Shown piece after piece: positions 37,648-46,471 of a stretch of 62,208 bases of DNA. The translations under genes and the position numbers were made by a program. This DNA is from a virus (lineage: Duplodnaviria > Caudoviricetes). The stretch is taken from positions 1 through 62,208 of the IMG/VR virus record IMGVR_UViG_3300048778_000101; one strand, written 5' to 3'. Every line of letters starts with the position of its first letter. Position 1 is the stretch's first letter. A model generated the notes under the pieces. That model did no database searches and was not told where the DNA came from. It was given only the letters and a program-made list of their open reading frames with translations.

Positions 37648-38567
37648 AAAGACTCCTCATAACCGCGAGTGCCGATTTGAGACCATTTGTTACAGCTTGT
37701 CGCCCAATAGATATTGGTCGTCTCAAGGGAAATCGACACATCGACGACGTTCGTGAGTATTCCGAATGACGTTACGAGGTTAGTAAAGTACACTTCCGTT
37801 GTTTGACCGTCGTTATAAGAGACATTGCACGCACTGTTGGGGGCAACCATCATTCCACTAGTTGTGTTGTTAGACTGACTAAATAGCTGGACATGCACCA
37901 TTCTCGCGGTCGAAGCGACAAACGGAGACACCGAAACGGCGACCCAGGTGGGATTGACAATATTCCCTACCCCGCCTGAAGAGCTAACCAATGTAGGCAG
38001 GGTGATGGTATTTGTGCCAGCCGTATTAACATAAGTCACGCGAGACCCACGTTGCATCGTCCTGTACAAGTACGGGCCGGCATCGGTGAGGAGCGGCCCG
38101 GCATAGGCCCAATAGGTATAGCCGCTGGGCAGCGTCGGCGCTGTCCCACTGAAGGGCGATTGCAGCGACATCAAGGACGAAACCGTGGTGCCGTTGTAGA
38201 TCGCATAGAGGTAATACCAAGTCGAGGCGGCCAGACTGCCCGTATCCAAGCCTCCGGCGCCAACCGTCCCGGTCGCCACGGTCGCATTGACGCCACTGAG
38301 AACGACGGTCGCCCCCGCGCTGTTGACCGCCGTCAGATAGGCCGCGGTGATGGTGGCGGCCGTATTGTTGGCGACGACCACCTTCTTGCCGATGTGGCTA
38401 TGTGGGAGACTTCCACCCCCACCCCCACCCCCACCACTACCGCTGCCATTACTGGCAGCCGTTACAAACCCTTTAGAATTAACGGTGATATTGGCATTGG
38501 TATAGCTTCCGGGGACCACACCCGTCGGGAGGAGTGGTGGGCCTGGCGGAATGGGCAACAGCGGCAT
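37644..38567 (-). CDS. tail fibre / receptor-binding protein
   Basis: GVVPGSYTNANITVNSKG.VT.ASNG; GAGGLDTGSLAASTWYYLYAI; PTLPSGYT. Confidence 0.75.
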   Translation of the reverse strand: MPLLPIPPGPPLLPTGVVPGSYTNANITVNSKGFVTAASNGSGSGGGGGGGGSLPHSHIGKKVVVANNTAATITAAYLTAVNSAGATVVLSGVNATVATGTVGAGGLDTGSLAASTWYYLYAIYNGTTVSSLMSLQSPFSGTAPTLPSGYTYWAYAGPLLTDAGPYLYRTMQRGSRVTYVNTAGTNTITLPTLVSSSGGVGNIVNPTWVAVSVSPFVASTARMVHVQLFSQSNNTTSGMMVAPNSACNVSYNDGQTTEVYFTNLVTSFGILTNVVDVSISLETTNIYWATSCNKWSQIGTRGYEESL

Positions 38568-38570
38568 GTC

Positions 38571-39782
38571 TCAACTCCCCGCATAAGCGACCCAATCGGC
38601 CGCTGTTCCGTTGATGAAAAGATCGCTGAGATTGGCGACGGCGAAACTGATCCCCGTGCCCGGAGCCAGCGGATAACCCGTTCCGGTGCCGCTTGATGTC
38701 GTGTTCACACCAGTGGCTCCGACATAAATTGTCCCGGCGTTACTGCTGGCTGCCGTGATGATGACGCCATTGGTAAGGGCTCCGCTCCCCAGAACAACCG
38801 CTGTATTTGTGACCGCGATAGCCTTCTGCCCGCACACAGGAGCCGCTGGTAATGGAGTTACCACCGGCATGCTGTTGGCAATAGTCGCCGGCCCGAGTGT
38901 GGGGAGCTTTGCGTTAACAGCCGCGAGCAGATACGCTCCCTGGGAAGTCCACCCGTTGAGTCCAACGCCACCCGACATCAACGTCGCGGCAGAAATCGCC
39001 GTACCGTCCTGCGCGGGGGTGCCAAGCTGCGTCAGGATCGCCGCCAGCGTAGTCTGTGTAGCTGCGCCTGCGGGCAACGGCCAACTGCCCGGCGGATTAA
39101 TGCTCACCGTGTCCGTGCCAGACGCCAACATCCAAGTGCGGCCGGTGGACCATGTGCCACTTTGCGTAACCGCCCTCGGGCCGCTCGCAGTCGAGGCAAT
39201 AGTCGAGAGATAGCCGATCTCGGTGGCTTGGTTGGCTGCGGTTGCGGAGCCTGTCGGAAGCGGCCAACTCGCGGGCGGAGTGACCGCGACCGTCCCAATC
39301 GCCGCAGAGCCTGCGCCAAGCGCTACAGTCCACGACCCGGACTGAGCGGCGGCGACGCTGTCCGTCCCGCTGGTCAAATCCCAGGTGCGTCCGGTGCTCC
39401 AAGTTCCCGATTGCGTAACCGCCCTTGGACCACTAGCAGTCGAAGCAATCGCAGAAAGGTAGCCAATTTCCGTAGACTGATTAGCAGCAGTTGCTGCACC
39501 TGTGGACAATGGCCAACTACTGGGGGGAGTAACCCCTACAGTCCAAACCCCTGACTGCGTTGTGGCGATAGTTCCGCCAACCGAGACATCCACAGTTCCG
39601 ACAGACGCCCCGGAGAGGGGTACTGGAGTTCCAGTAATCGTATAAGGCACATTGCCGGGAATAGATACCGAAATAAGCGGATTGCCGAGTCCGCAATCTA
39701 CATAACGAAAATAGTTGCCGCCCGCCCCGTCTTGCCAGAGATCTGACCAACCGTTGCCAGAAGATCCACCCAAGTTACTCAT
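38571..39782 (-). CDS. fibre/decoration protein with internal repeats
   Basis: repeated WPL.TG.ATAANQ.TEIGYLS.IASTASGPRAVTQSGTWSTGRTW; C-terminal beta domain N.GTIYVG..GYPLAPG. Confidence 0.7.
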   Translation of the reverse strand: MSNLGGSSGNGWSDLWQDGAGGNYFRYVDCGLGNPLISVSIPGNVPYTITGTPVPLSGASVGTVDVSVGGTIATTQSGVWTVGVTPPSSWPLSTGAATAANQSTEIGYLSAIASTASGPRAVTQSGTWSTGRTWDLTSGTDSVAAAQSGSWTVALGAGSAAIGTVAVTPPASWPLPTGSATAANQATEIGYLSTIASTASGPRAVTQSGTWSTGRTWMLASGTDTVSINPPGSWPLPAGAATQTTLAAILTQLGTPAQDGTAISAATLMSGGVGLNGWTSQGAYLLAAVNAKLPTLGPATIANSMPVVTPLPAAPVCGQKAIAVTNTAVVLGSGALTNGVIITAASSNAGTIYVGATGVNTTSSGTGTGYPLAPGTGISFAVANLSDLFINGTAADWVAYAGS

Positions 39783-40139
39783 TTACTGCCCCTCTACGAT
39801 AACTAGTGTGGTCCCGAGTGGGGAGATGGAGTAAAGGGCTTGACGAGATATTACAGTATCCAAAGTGAGCGTAGACCCTGCCGGCAGAATAAGATTGGCG
39901 GTAGTCGCGGCGGCCCCGAAATTCAGATAACTGTTATAGTTACCAGTATTCTGGATCTGGAGGTACTTGCGAGAGGTGTTGGCAGCAAGGATTTGGGAAC
40001 TGGAAGAGGTTACAGTTCCCGTAGATAGGCCCATAGTAACGAAAGTTTGAGAAGAACTTGAAGGGTAGGGAACCTGCGAATATGCAGGAAGGCTAAGGCT
40101 TCCCAGAACTAGGGCCAGGATGAGGGGCTTAGTCTTCAT
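39783..40139 (-). CDS. small beta-rich decoration-like protein with signal peptide
   Basis: MKTKPLILALVLGSLSLPAYS/Q; ILAAN.SRKYL.IQN.G..YLNFG. Confidence 0.7.
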   Translation of the reverse strand: MKTKPLILALVLGSLSLPAYSQVPYPSSSSQTFVTMGLSTGTVTSSSSQILAANTSRKYLQIQNTGNYNSYLNFGAAATTANLILPAGSTLTLDTVISRQALYSISPLGTTLVIVEGQ

Positions 40140-40431
40140 CCTCATCCTCCGCATCCTCAGACTCAATCGCGAGATTTTCAATCTGCACTTCTACACGGGA
40201 GTTATCGCCGACACAGGAGACACAGGTAATTCTGCCCAAAAAATGCCCGTGGATAATTCCCCCGACGAATGCATCTCTGTGGTCCAGATCCAGTTTGCCT
40301 AACTCATTTCCGGTGAGAGTGATCCTAAGCCCATAAGGGAACTCTGGCCCATCTACCGGAAGCGGGGCTGAGAAGTCATGCTTCTCTTCATCATCAAGTT
40401 CCATGCTATGCATAATTTGATACATAATCAA
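40129..40431 (-). CDS. probable capsid accessory (staple-like) protein
   Basis: FPYGLRITL...ELGKL...VEVQIENL pattern; head-module position. Confidence 0.55.
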   Translation of the reverse strand: MIMYQIMHSMELDDEEKHDFSAPLPVDGPEFPYGLRITLTGNELGKLDLDHRDAFVGGIIHGHFLGRITCVSCVGDNSRVEVQIENLAIESEDAEDEDED

Positions 40432-41021
40432 ACCCCCGGAGCTTGGGGAACTTGCGGAACTGCAGGGGCTGGTGCCGTAGGCTGCGGAGTTGCTGGCATA
40501 GCTCCGGCTGGCGGAACTTGCCCGGCGGAGGGATTGGTCATGAGTTCGGCTTCTTGTCTGTCCGCCATCTCATGCCCTTCCTTCATGTGCTTATGATGCA
40601 AAGCTGCATGAGCTTCTTGGTGCCGGGACTGCATCTGGGACTTTTCATGCTCATGTTTACGATGCATCTTAACTACACCATGAGCACCTTCCGAACCGCC
40701 AGCATCATGTTCTTTTTCCTGGCGCTCGTGCATAGTTCTATGCTCATCTCTCTGGGCACCGTGCAAGTTACGCCGCTCGCCTTCCTGCCGCTTATGCATC
40801 TCTACCCGTTCGCTTTTGTGCCGAGTTTCCGGGCCAGCTAGTTTTGCAACAGTCTCTTTTTCAGCGGGCTTCTTAGCCGGGGACTTATCCAAATCCCGCT
40901 CATTAGTTCCCGTACCTTTGTCTTTCTTCTCAGAACTACTTTCGGCTTTCTCGTACAACGGACTACGCCGACGAGCCTTGCCCATATCCTCTTTTCGGGG
41001 TTCTTTAGCCTCGTCAGCCAT
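40428..41021 (-). CDS. His/Glu/Lys-rich low-complexity protein
   Basis: many H-x2/3-H spacings; N-terminal RRRSPLY. Confidence 0.7.
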   Translation of the reverse strand: MADEAKEPRKEDMGKARRRSPLYEKAESSSEKKDKGTGTNERDLDKSPAKKPAEKETVAKLAGPETRHKSERVEMHKRQEGERRNLHGAQRDEHRTMHERQEKEHDAGGSEGAHGVVKMHRKHEHEKSQMQSRHQEAHAALHHKHMKEGHEMADRQEAELMTNPSAGQVPPAGAMPATPQPTAPAPAVPQVPQAPGV

Positions 41022-41026
41022 AATCT

Positions 41027-41260
41027 TCAATCCTTTTTATTATACAGAATGGCAGATCGGCGGGGTTTCTTGCTAAATCCCATCAAAGTTTCCGCCAATC
41101 GCGCCTGTTTCCCCAATTTGCCTTGAGAATTTTCACGGCCCTCAGCAAATTCTCGGGTAGTCTCGCCGGCTTCTTTCGCTTTAGCCGCAAACTGCCCGTG
41201 AGCGCCTTCCGTAGCGGCTTGGACCCACTTTTTATTTTTCTTGGGCTTTTCATCGGCCAT
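41027..41260 (-). CDS. small basic head-region protein
   Basis: KKWVQ.A...GKLGKQARLAETL; C-terminal RRSAILYN; GGAG RBS before start 41260. Confidence 0.7.
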   Translation of the reverse strand: MADEKPKKNKKWVQAATEGAHGQFAAKAKEAGETTREFAEGRENSQGKLGKQARLAETLMGFSKKPRRSAILYNKKD

Positions 41261-41288
41261 AGGAAAACTCCGCGACAAGAGGTCAAGA

Positions 41289-41456
41289 CTATTTAGACTT
41301 GTCATACAGCACAGATTTCTTGCGCTTAGGTAGTTTGCCACCTTCATCAGACTTGGCAAACTCTTCCCCAACTTTCTGTGGAACCCCATCGACACCATCC
41401 GTCTTAAAGGCTGCCGCATACATCAGCTTTCGCTGCGCTTGGCTAACCGGAGGCAT
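41289..41456 (-). CDS. small basic head-region protein (not in ORF track)
   Basis: MPPVSQAQRKLMYAAAFKTDGVDGVPQKVGEEFAKSDEGGKLPKRKKSVLYDKSK; starts immediately after the upstream stop. Confidence 0.75.
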   Translation of the reverse strand: MPPVSQAQRKLMYAAAFKTDGVDGVPQKVGEEFAKSDEGGKLPKRKKSVLYDKSK

Positions 41457-41963
41457 TTAACTGCGATCCCAGGCGCCAGTGCTCTGCGAATACGTATAGC
41501 AAGCCTTGCCAGCGGCGCCGAGAGCGGTTACAGCATTGTTGATAGTCTGCCCGGTTACGACACTAGCAGTCAGAGCAGTGATAATCTGCGACGAAAACAC
41601 GCAGTTAACCTGGCCGTCTGAGGGGAGCGCCGACAGGGTGACAGTTCCCGTAGCCAGCGTACCTGCCGGATTAAGGATCAGGTCCATGGTCGAATTGCCG
41701 AACGCCTGGGTAAAGCCGGTCGAAGGGGCCAACTTAATATAGCCAGGAACTCCGGCAATCTGGGCAGCCGTGGCGTATTTGCTGGGAACAGTACCCACAC
41801 CGCCGACAACATCATTAAACAGATCGGTAGTCCCTACCATAGGAACCACTGCGACATAATTCTGATACTGGGCGTAGGCGTCCGCGCTGTAGTAGCCCCC
41901 GACGCCACAAAGCAGCGCAGCCAGAGCGATTTTAGACATATTGCGCATGATTAATCCCCTCAT
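41457..41963 (-). CDS. beta-rich structural-module protein with signal peptide
   Basis: MRNMSKIALAALLCGVGGYYSADAYA/Q; LILNPAGTLATGTVTL..P.DGQ. Confidence 0.7.
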   Translation of the reverse strand: MRGLIMRNMSKIALAALLCGVGGYYSADAYAQYQNYVAVVPMVGTTDLFNDVVGGVGTVPSKYATAAQIAGVPGYIKLAPSTGFTQAFGNSTMDLILNPAGTLATGTVTLSALPSDGQVNCVFSSQIITALTASVVTGQTINNAVTALGAAGKACYTYSQSTGAWDRS

Positions 41964-41971
41964 TGAAGCAA

Positions 41972-42472
41972 TTACGAATAAGTTCCGGTTCCGACGCTGG
42001 TCAGAGTTGCCGTAGTCGCCGAAGTCAGCGTAACATAAAACGATCGGGTAGTGTTCTGGGCGATGGTCATAGTTCCCGCTAAGGTCCAGCCCGTATTCGT
42101 AGTTACAGTCCAGGCATAAGCCCCGGAACTGCTGTTGATGACAGTCAGTTTGTAGGTATTCCCAGCCGCAGAGTTCTGGATAGCCGAGAAAAGGCTGGGA
42201 GCCGTAGGCAACTGGGCATTAGCCGCACCACCCAGAGTTCCGGTAAGGTTCAGCGTGGTTTCAATCTGCCCCGCGTAGACATTACCCGTGGTCAGAGTCA
42301 CCCCAGCGGTAGCGGTATTCGTAGTGTACGCCTGCCCGCCAGCTAGGATCAAATTGGCAACCTGCTCAGAGGTAGCTACGGTATCATATGGACCGCCATT
42401 ATCCACCAGAACAAATTCCGTACCCGTAAGACTGGTCAAAACTACGCCAGGGGGTTGGTAGGAGTTAGTCAT
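41972..42472 (-). CDS. probable capsid decoration protein
   Basis: Thr/Gly-rich beta protein, LPTA..L, downstream of the capsid gene. Confidence 0.6.
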   Translation of the reverse strand: MTNSYQPPGVVLTSLTGTEFVLVDNGGPYDTVATSEQVANLILAGGQAYTTNTATAGVTLTTGNVYAGQIETTLNLTGTLGGAANAQLPTAPSLFSAIQNSAAGNTYKLTVINSSSGAYAWTVTTNTGWTLAGTMTIAQNTTRSFYVTLTSATTATLTSVGTGTYS

Positions 42473-42486
42473 AGAATGCCCTTCCG

Positions 42487-43347
42487 TTAAACTGCCGAGG
42501 AGATCGCAAGAGACATAGCTGCCGAGCCTGTCTCGCTGATCCTGTAATTGATGGGTCCGCTGGTGAAGCTGGTGCAGTTCAGGCGGAGTAGGACAGTATT
42601 CTCAGCTTCCCCGGACAACAGAGAAATTGGTGTTCCCAAATTCCAGACCGCCAAGTTGCCCTGCCCACCAACATTGCCAACGATCCAGGTAGAGCCGCCA
42701 TCAAAACTGCGCTCAAGCTGAACTGAGCCGCTATAGGCAATGGGCGCTCCGGTAAAGCTGGCGTTGGTATCTGTACCAGACAGGACGCTGGAACCGGCCA
42801 GAGCAAAAGAGACTGCTTTTCCGATCGCGGTAACTGTAGCTGAAGCTGACATGATAGCTGTTCCGGGGATTAGAACTCCGGCATTGAAGGTAGCAGCTTG
42901 AAGAATTCCGGTAATCGTAGTCCCTGCCGGGATACCCGCCCCTACGGCGGTGGCACCAATTAGACCAGTCGTAGATACCAACCCCGAAATAGAACTGCTG
43001 CCGGAGTATACATTCCCAGTCAAACTAATCGCCGGCAAGGCCAGCGTACCGCTAGTTCCGGTAAGAGTTCCGACCGTAGACCCCGGCGGCACATTAACCC
43101 CATTAACAGCCACCCCAGGGGCTAGCGTACCAGCACTGGCTACTGTGAAGTTAAGGGTTCCTGCCGTAGTGGTAAGGCTGGTATTGTAATTGCACCAAAT
43201 CAGAAGATTATATGGGCCGAGGAAAGTGAATGGAACTCCCGGCCCAACTGAGGCGAACGTACCCGAGATAACTGCATTGGCAGCATCTCCAGTAGCTGGG
43301 GTGCCGGAGGCAAGTACACCCAATGGAGCCGGAAGTCCCATATTCAT
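42487..43347 (-). CDS. probable capsid spike/decoration protein
   Basis: G/T/A-rich; VQLERSFDGGSTW...RLNCTS.TSG.INYRIS. Confidence 0.6.
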   Translation of the reverse strand: MNMGLPAPLGVLASGTPATGDAANAVISGTFASVGPGVPFTFLGPYNLLIWCNYNTSLTTTAGTLNFTVASAGTLAPGVAVNGVNVPPGSTVGTLTGTSGTLALPAISLTGNVYSGSSSISGLVSTTGLIGATAVGAGIPAGTTITGILQAATFNAGVLIPGTAIMSASATVTAIGKAVSFALAGSSVLSGTDTNASFTGAPIAYSGSVQLERSFDGGSTWIVGNVGGQGNLAVWNLGTPISLLSGEAENTVLLRLNCTSFTSGPINYRISETGSAAMSLAISSAV

Positions 43348-43352
43348 ACGCC

Positions 43353-44123
43353 TCAGTTAATCTTGCGAGCAGGTTCGTGCAGAGTTCCAAGAACCCGCAA
43401 AGCGCCGGAAGCGGCAGCTTCTCCAGCAACTTTAAGACCAACACCATGGGAACCGGGGGCTCGGCCAGGCTGCTCCGGCAAAACTCCCGTCATAACTTCA
43501 TTCCCAGTATCCCCGTGAATGACCAAGCCGCCGGAGGTAACTCGGAGCGGCTTAAACTGCACAACTTCCGCCGTAGCTCCGATACTGTCGGTAAACGCAG
43601 CAAAGATTTCCTTGGCCTTATCATTGACGGGGATCATAGCTTCGTTGGGGATCCCCGACCATCCGATCTCAGTGGCCCGCTGCTTCTTCTGACTGTCAAT
43701 CCAAATAGGTTCCACAAGGACTTCATCCAAATAGACCTTATTCGTCAGCGTGTAGAGGGCAACTTCCCGGCTTTCCTGGAGTTTGTCCACCAAATCGAAC
43801 AGCAATTCCCGCGCGGCCTGTCGCTTAACCAAAACGTCCGGCGGAACCCGGACCTTCTCCGTACCCTGATCAGAGATGGCTGCAATCGAAAGCGCCATCG
43901 TTTCAAAAAGTTTCTGAAGTTCCGGGGAAGATTTTTCCGAATTAGCCGGAAGCGCACCAATGGTGTTCTTAATAGCTTCGTCCACGGCCAGTTTGACAGC
44001 TTCACGAAACTCCGCAGTTTTAGCGAAGTCCTTCGGGGGTTCTTGCACAATCGCCATCTTAAGCCACCGTATAATTGCGAGAGGCAAATTTCTCGGAGTA
44101 GTCATCACGGGCGAGCGTGACAA
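43353..44123 (-). CDS. hypothetical head-module protein (start probably ~44058)
   Basis: ORF in the late operon. Confidence 0.55.
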   Translation of the reverse strand: MSRSPVMTTPRNLPLAIIRWLKMAIVQEPPKDFAKTAEFREAVKLAVDEAIKNTIGALPANSEKSSPELQKLFETMALSIAAISDQGTEKVRVPPDVLVKRQAARELLFDLVDKLQESREVALYTLTNKVYLDEVLVEPIWIDSQKKQRATEIGWSGIPNEAMIPVNDKAKEIFAAFTDSIGATAEVVQFKPLRVTSGGLVIHGDTGNEVMTGVLPEQPGRAPGSHGVGLKVAGEAAASGALRVLGTLHEPARKIN

Positions 44124-44607
44124 TAGCCGAGGAGATAGTCCCAGCGGTGAAAGAAGTACCCGCCGGAACCTGGAACAACAGCCGCAGATAGCGCGGATTG
44201 AGGCCGGCTGGAAAACTCGGCGGGAAGTCGAACCGGGCCAGAATAGCTCCGCTGGTCAGGGCAGTTACCGCAATGGGGCCGGTTTCAACCAAGGTGTTCC
44301 AAGTGCTGGGCTGATAACTGCCAGAAACACCCTGGTCCGCCGCAGCCTGGAACGCCACATTCAGAGTAGCCGCCGTAGAAGTGGTGGCCGTAATTCCGAT
44401 GTTAACCTGAACCAGCGGCTTATTCCCGCCGATACCAACATCCATTCCGAACACCGCCGCGTTGCCGATGATATTGGCCGGAGGAGTTCCCACACCCTGC
44501 CCAAGAAGGTCCAGGGTATTGATGGACGGGATAGAGATCCCAGCCGCTCCGATAAGCGACAAATTGCCGCCGATCGGGACAAAACTAAGCTGCGAGTCGA
44601 TGCGCAT
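44059..44607 (-). CDS. capsid cement protein (Bbp16-like)
   Basis: MRIDSQLSF...S.NTLDL...RYLRL.F.V...FTAGTI.SAIV directly after the MCP. Confidence 0.8.
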   Translation of the reverse strand: MRIDSQLSFVPIGGNLSLIGAAGISIPSINTLDLLGQGVGTPPANIIGNAAVFGMDVGIGGNKPLVQVNIGITATTSTAATLNVAFQAAADQGVSGSYQPSTWNTLVETGPIAVTALTSGAILARFDFPPSFPAGLNPRYLRLLFQVPAGTSFTAGTISSAIVTLARDDYSEKFASRNYTVA

Positions 44608-44632
44608 TATCTTGAACTCCTAGTTAGCGCGC

Positions 44633-45682
44633 TTAGACGACGCGGGCTTCGGTGGTGGTAAGCTGGTCAACGATCTTGATGGGAATACCGCGATAGGTAT
44701 CGCAGGGCATACCGGCGTAGTCTTCCAGATGCAGCAGAACATTTCGCTGGCGCATAGCCTGCAAGTCCATGTAGTGCCGAATGGTCCGGTTGCAGTAGAA
44801 CGTCGGGCGAATACCGGGGGACGGATCTTCCACAGCGTCAGTTTTGGTAATGCCGCTGGTCTTCTTACCAAGATGCGGGGGGAGGAACATCATCTGCGCC
44901 AGTTTGGCAAAGATATCAACAGCATTCGGGCCAGCGAGACCAGCCGCAGTTACGTCGATATTAGCCGCGCGGGCGGCATAACGCCAATCCTGCGGGCACA
45001 GACCAGCATGCTGTTCAAACAAACTCGTGTAAGCTTCAAAGCGATTACCCAGAGCATCATAACCCGGAGTTACATCGCCCTTATCCTCCATAACCAGACC
45101 AGCTTTGGAGCCACGCGGGTAGAGCCCGAAGATAGTGCGCTCACCCCAGCACACCAGCCAGATACTGGAGTTACTGGAACCAGTTCCGCCGCAGTCCAAA
45201 ACATTGGTGGCATTCTGGGCGCCGCTGGAAGTGCTGACAGTATTGTAGAAGCCAGCCAATCCCATAAACTGAGCGGGATTAGCCACAGAATTTCCGTAAA
45301 AGAAAGTCTGGGCCATAGTCTGCGACATACCTTCAAGGAACGCCACATCTTCCCGTTCGCGGAAAGTTTCAACATCCCCAGAGTCCATCGCCAGCGTCTT
45401 ATCGACCTGCGAGTAATCTCGCAGCATGCCAATGCCAACACGAGACTTGGACGTAGTGCTCTTGGAGTAGGGCACGCCCATATTGTACTGAGCCCAACTG
45501 CCGGCCGGGATACTGGTTCGGAATACGAAACTATGCCCGCCAGTCTCATTCGCCTCAATCCAAGGCAAATCATCAAACAAATCATTGCTCTGACTGAGCA
45601 TTTCGGCGATATACGCCTGTTTGCCATGCGGATCTTGGCGCGTAGTCAAATCGACAAGAGAGAGCCAACTGCCGGTAGCCAT
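44633..45682 (-). CDS. major capsid protein (BPP-1 Bbp17-like HK97 fold)
   Basis: IAEMLSQSN..F.D.PW.EAN; AFLEGMSQ..A...FYG; SSIWLVCWG; DWRY..R.ANID; GIPI..VDQL..TEARVV. Confidence 0.93.
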   Translation of the reverse strand: MATGSWLSLVDLTTRQDPHGKQAYIAEMLSQSNDLFDDLPWIEANETGGHSFVFRTSIPAGSWAQYNMGVPYSKSTTSKSRVGIGMLRDYSQVDKTLAMDSGDVETFREREDVAFLEGMSQTMAQTFFYGNSVANPAQFMGLAGFYNTVSTSSGAQNATNVLDCGGTGSSNSSIWLVCWGERTIFGLYPRGSKAGLVMEDKGDVTPGYDALGNRFEAYTSLFEQHAGLCPQDWRYAARAANIDVTAAGLAGPNAVDIFAKLAQMMFLPPHLGKKTSGITKTDAVEDPSPGIRPTFYCNRTIRHYMDLQAMRQRNVLLHLEDYAGMPCDTYRGIPIKIVDQLTTTEARVV

Positions 45683-45709
45683 ATACTAAGTCCTTTCTAT
45701 ACTGGGCAG

Positions 45710-46471
45710 TTAACGCCCGCTTTGGGTAGAGGTGGGATGATTATACAAAACTCCCCGACGATTAGCCGGAGTATTAGGCTGCGGAGCGGGAGTTCCGCGA
45801 ACAGCGGGGATTTTCGGCTCATCATAAATTCGGGCAAGGTTATGGAAAGCCTTGAGAAAAGCCGGATGATCCCCAGCCCCAGTTACCCGAAGAAAGTCGT
45901 CAAAAGCCGCCCGATCTTCTGCCGGAACCGCCATATCCCGAACTCGGGCAATAGCACTCATTGCGGTCTGATGGCCCGCTCCACCGATCTTTTCATCGGA
46001 CATAACTTGGGTTCTCCAAGTCTTCCTAACATCTGCAAAAGAGGCGTGCTGCTGGGCCAATGTATCAGTGCCAAGTTTGGCAATTGCCGTAGCATGCAGA
46101 TTAAGCAATTCCTGCCCAACTTCAGCAGACATATTGTGCTTAGTTAGGACATCTCGGTAGATACTCATAGAGGCCGGATCGGGCTCAACCCCTCCGGGCA
46201 GCTCGAACTTGTAATCCGCCAGACTAACCGGCTCGGTGACTTTAACCTCAGAGACAGGATCTACCGGCTTGGCATCTTCTTTAGCCCCAACCGGCTCCGC
46301 TTTAACGTCAGCAGGCTCTGCCGCAACTTCGGCGGGCTTGGTAACTTCGGGAGTTTGCCCCACACCTTCAAGGAGAGAGGGAACTTCGGTATGCAGAACC
46401 ACAGCAGTCTCAACCGCAACTGCGGGAACTTCTACCGTAACTTCTGCAGGAGCCTCAGCAACGTCGGTCAT
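45710..46471 (-). CDS. capsid scaffolding protein
   Basis: acidic/Pro-rich N-terminus, YKFELPGG, TGAGDHP.F.K.F, C-terminal VLY; directly upstream of the MCP. Confidence 0.8.
   Translation of the reverse strand: MTDVAEAPAEVTVEVPAVAVETAVVLHTEVPSLLEGVGQTPEVTKPAEVAAEPADVKAEPVGAKEDAKPVDPVSEVKVTEPVSLADYKFELPGGVEPDPASMSIYRDVLTKHNMSAEVGQELLNLHATAIAKLGTDTLAQQHASFADVRKTWRTQVMSDEKIGGAGHQTAMSAIARVRDMAVPAEDRAAFDDFLRVTGAGDHPAFLKAFHNLARIYDEPKIPAVRGTPAPQPNTPANRRGVLYNHPTSTQSGR

Noticed and set aside
44729-46147. 472-aa + strand ORF and other long antisense ORFs (43323, 50055, 32223, 1246, 3031, 60834)
   Set aside because: They are shadows of well-supported genes on the opposite strand, with no motifs or RBS; 32223 reflects the local C/A skew.
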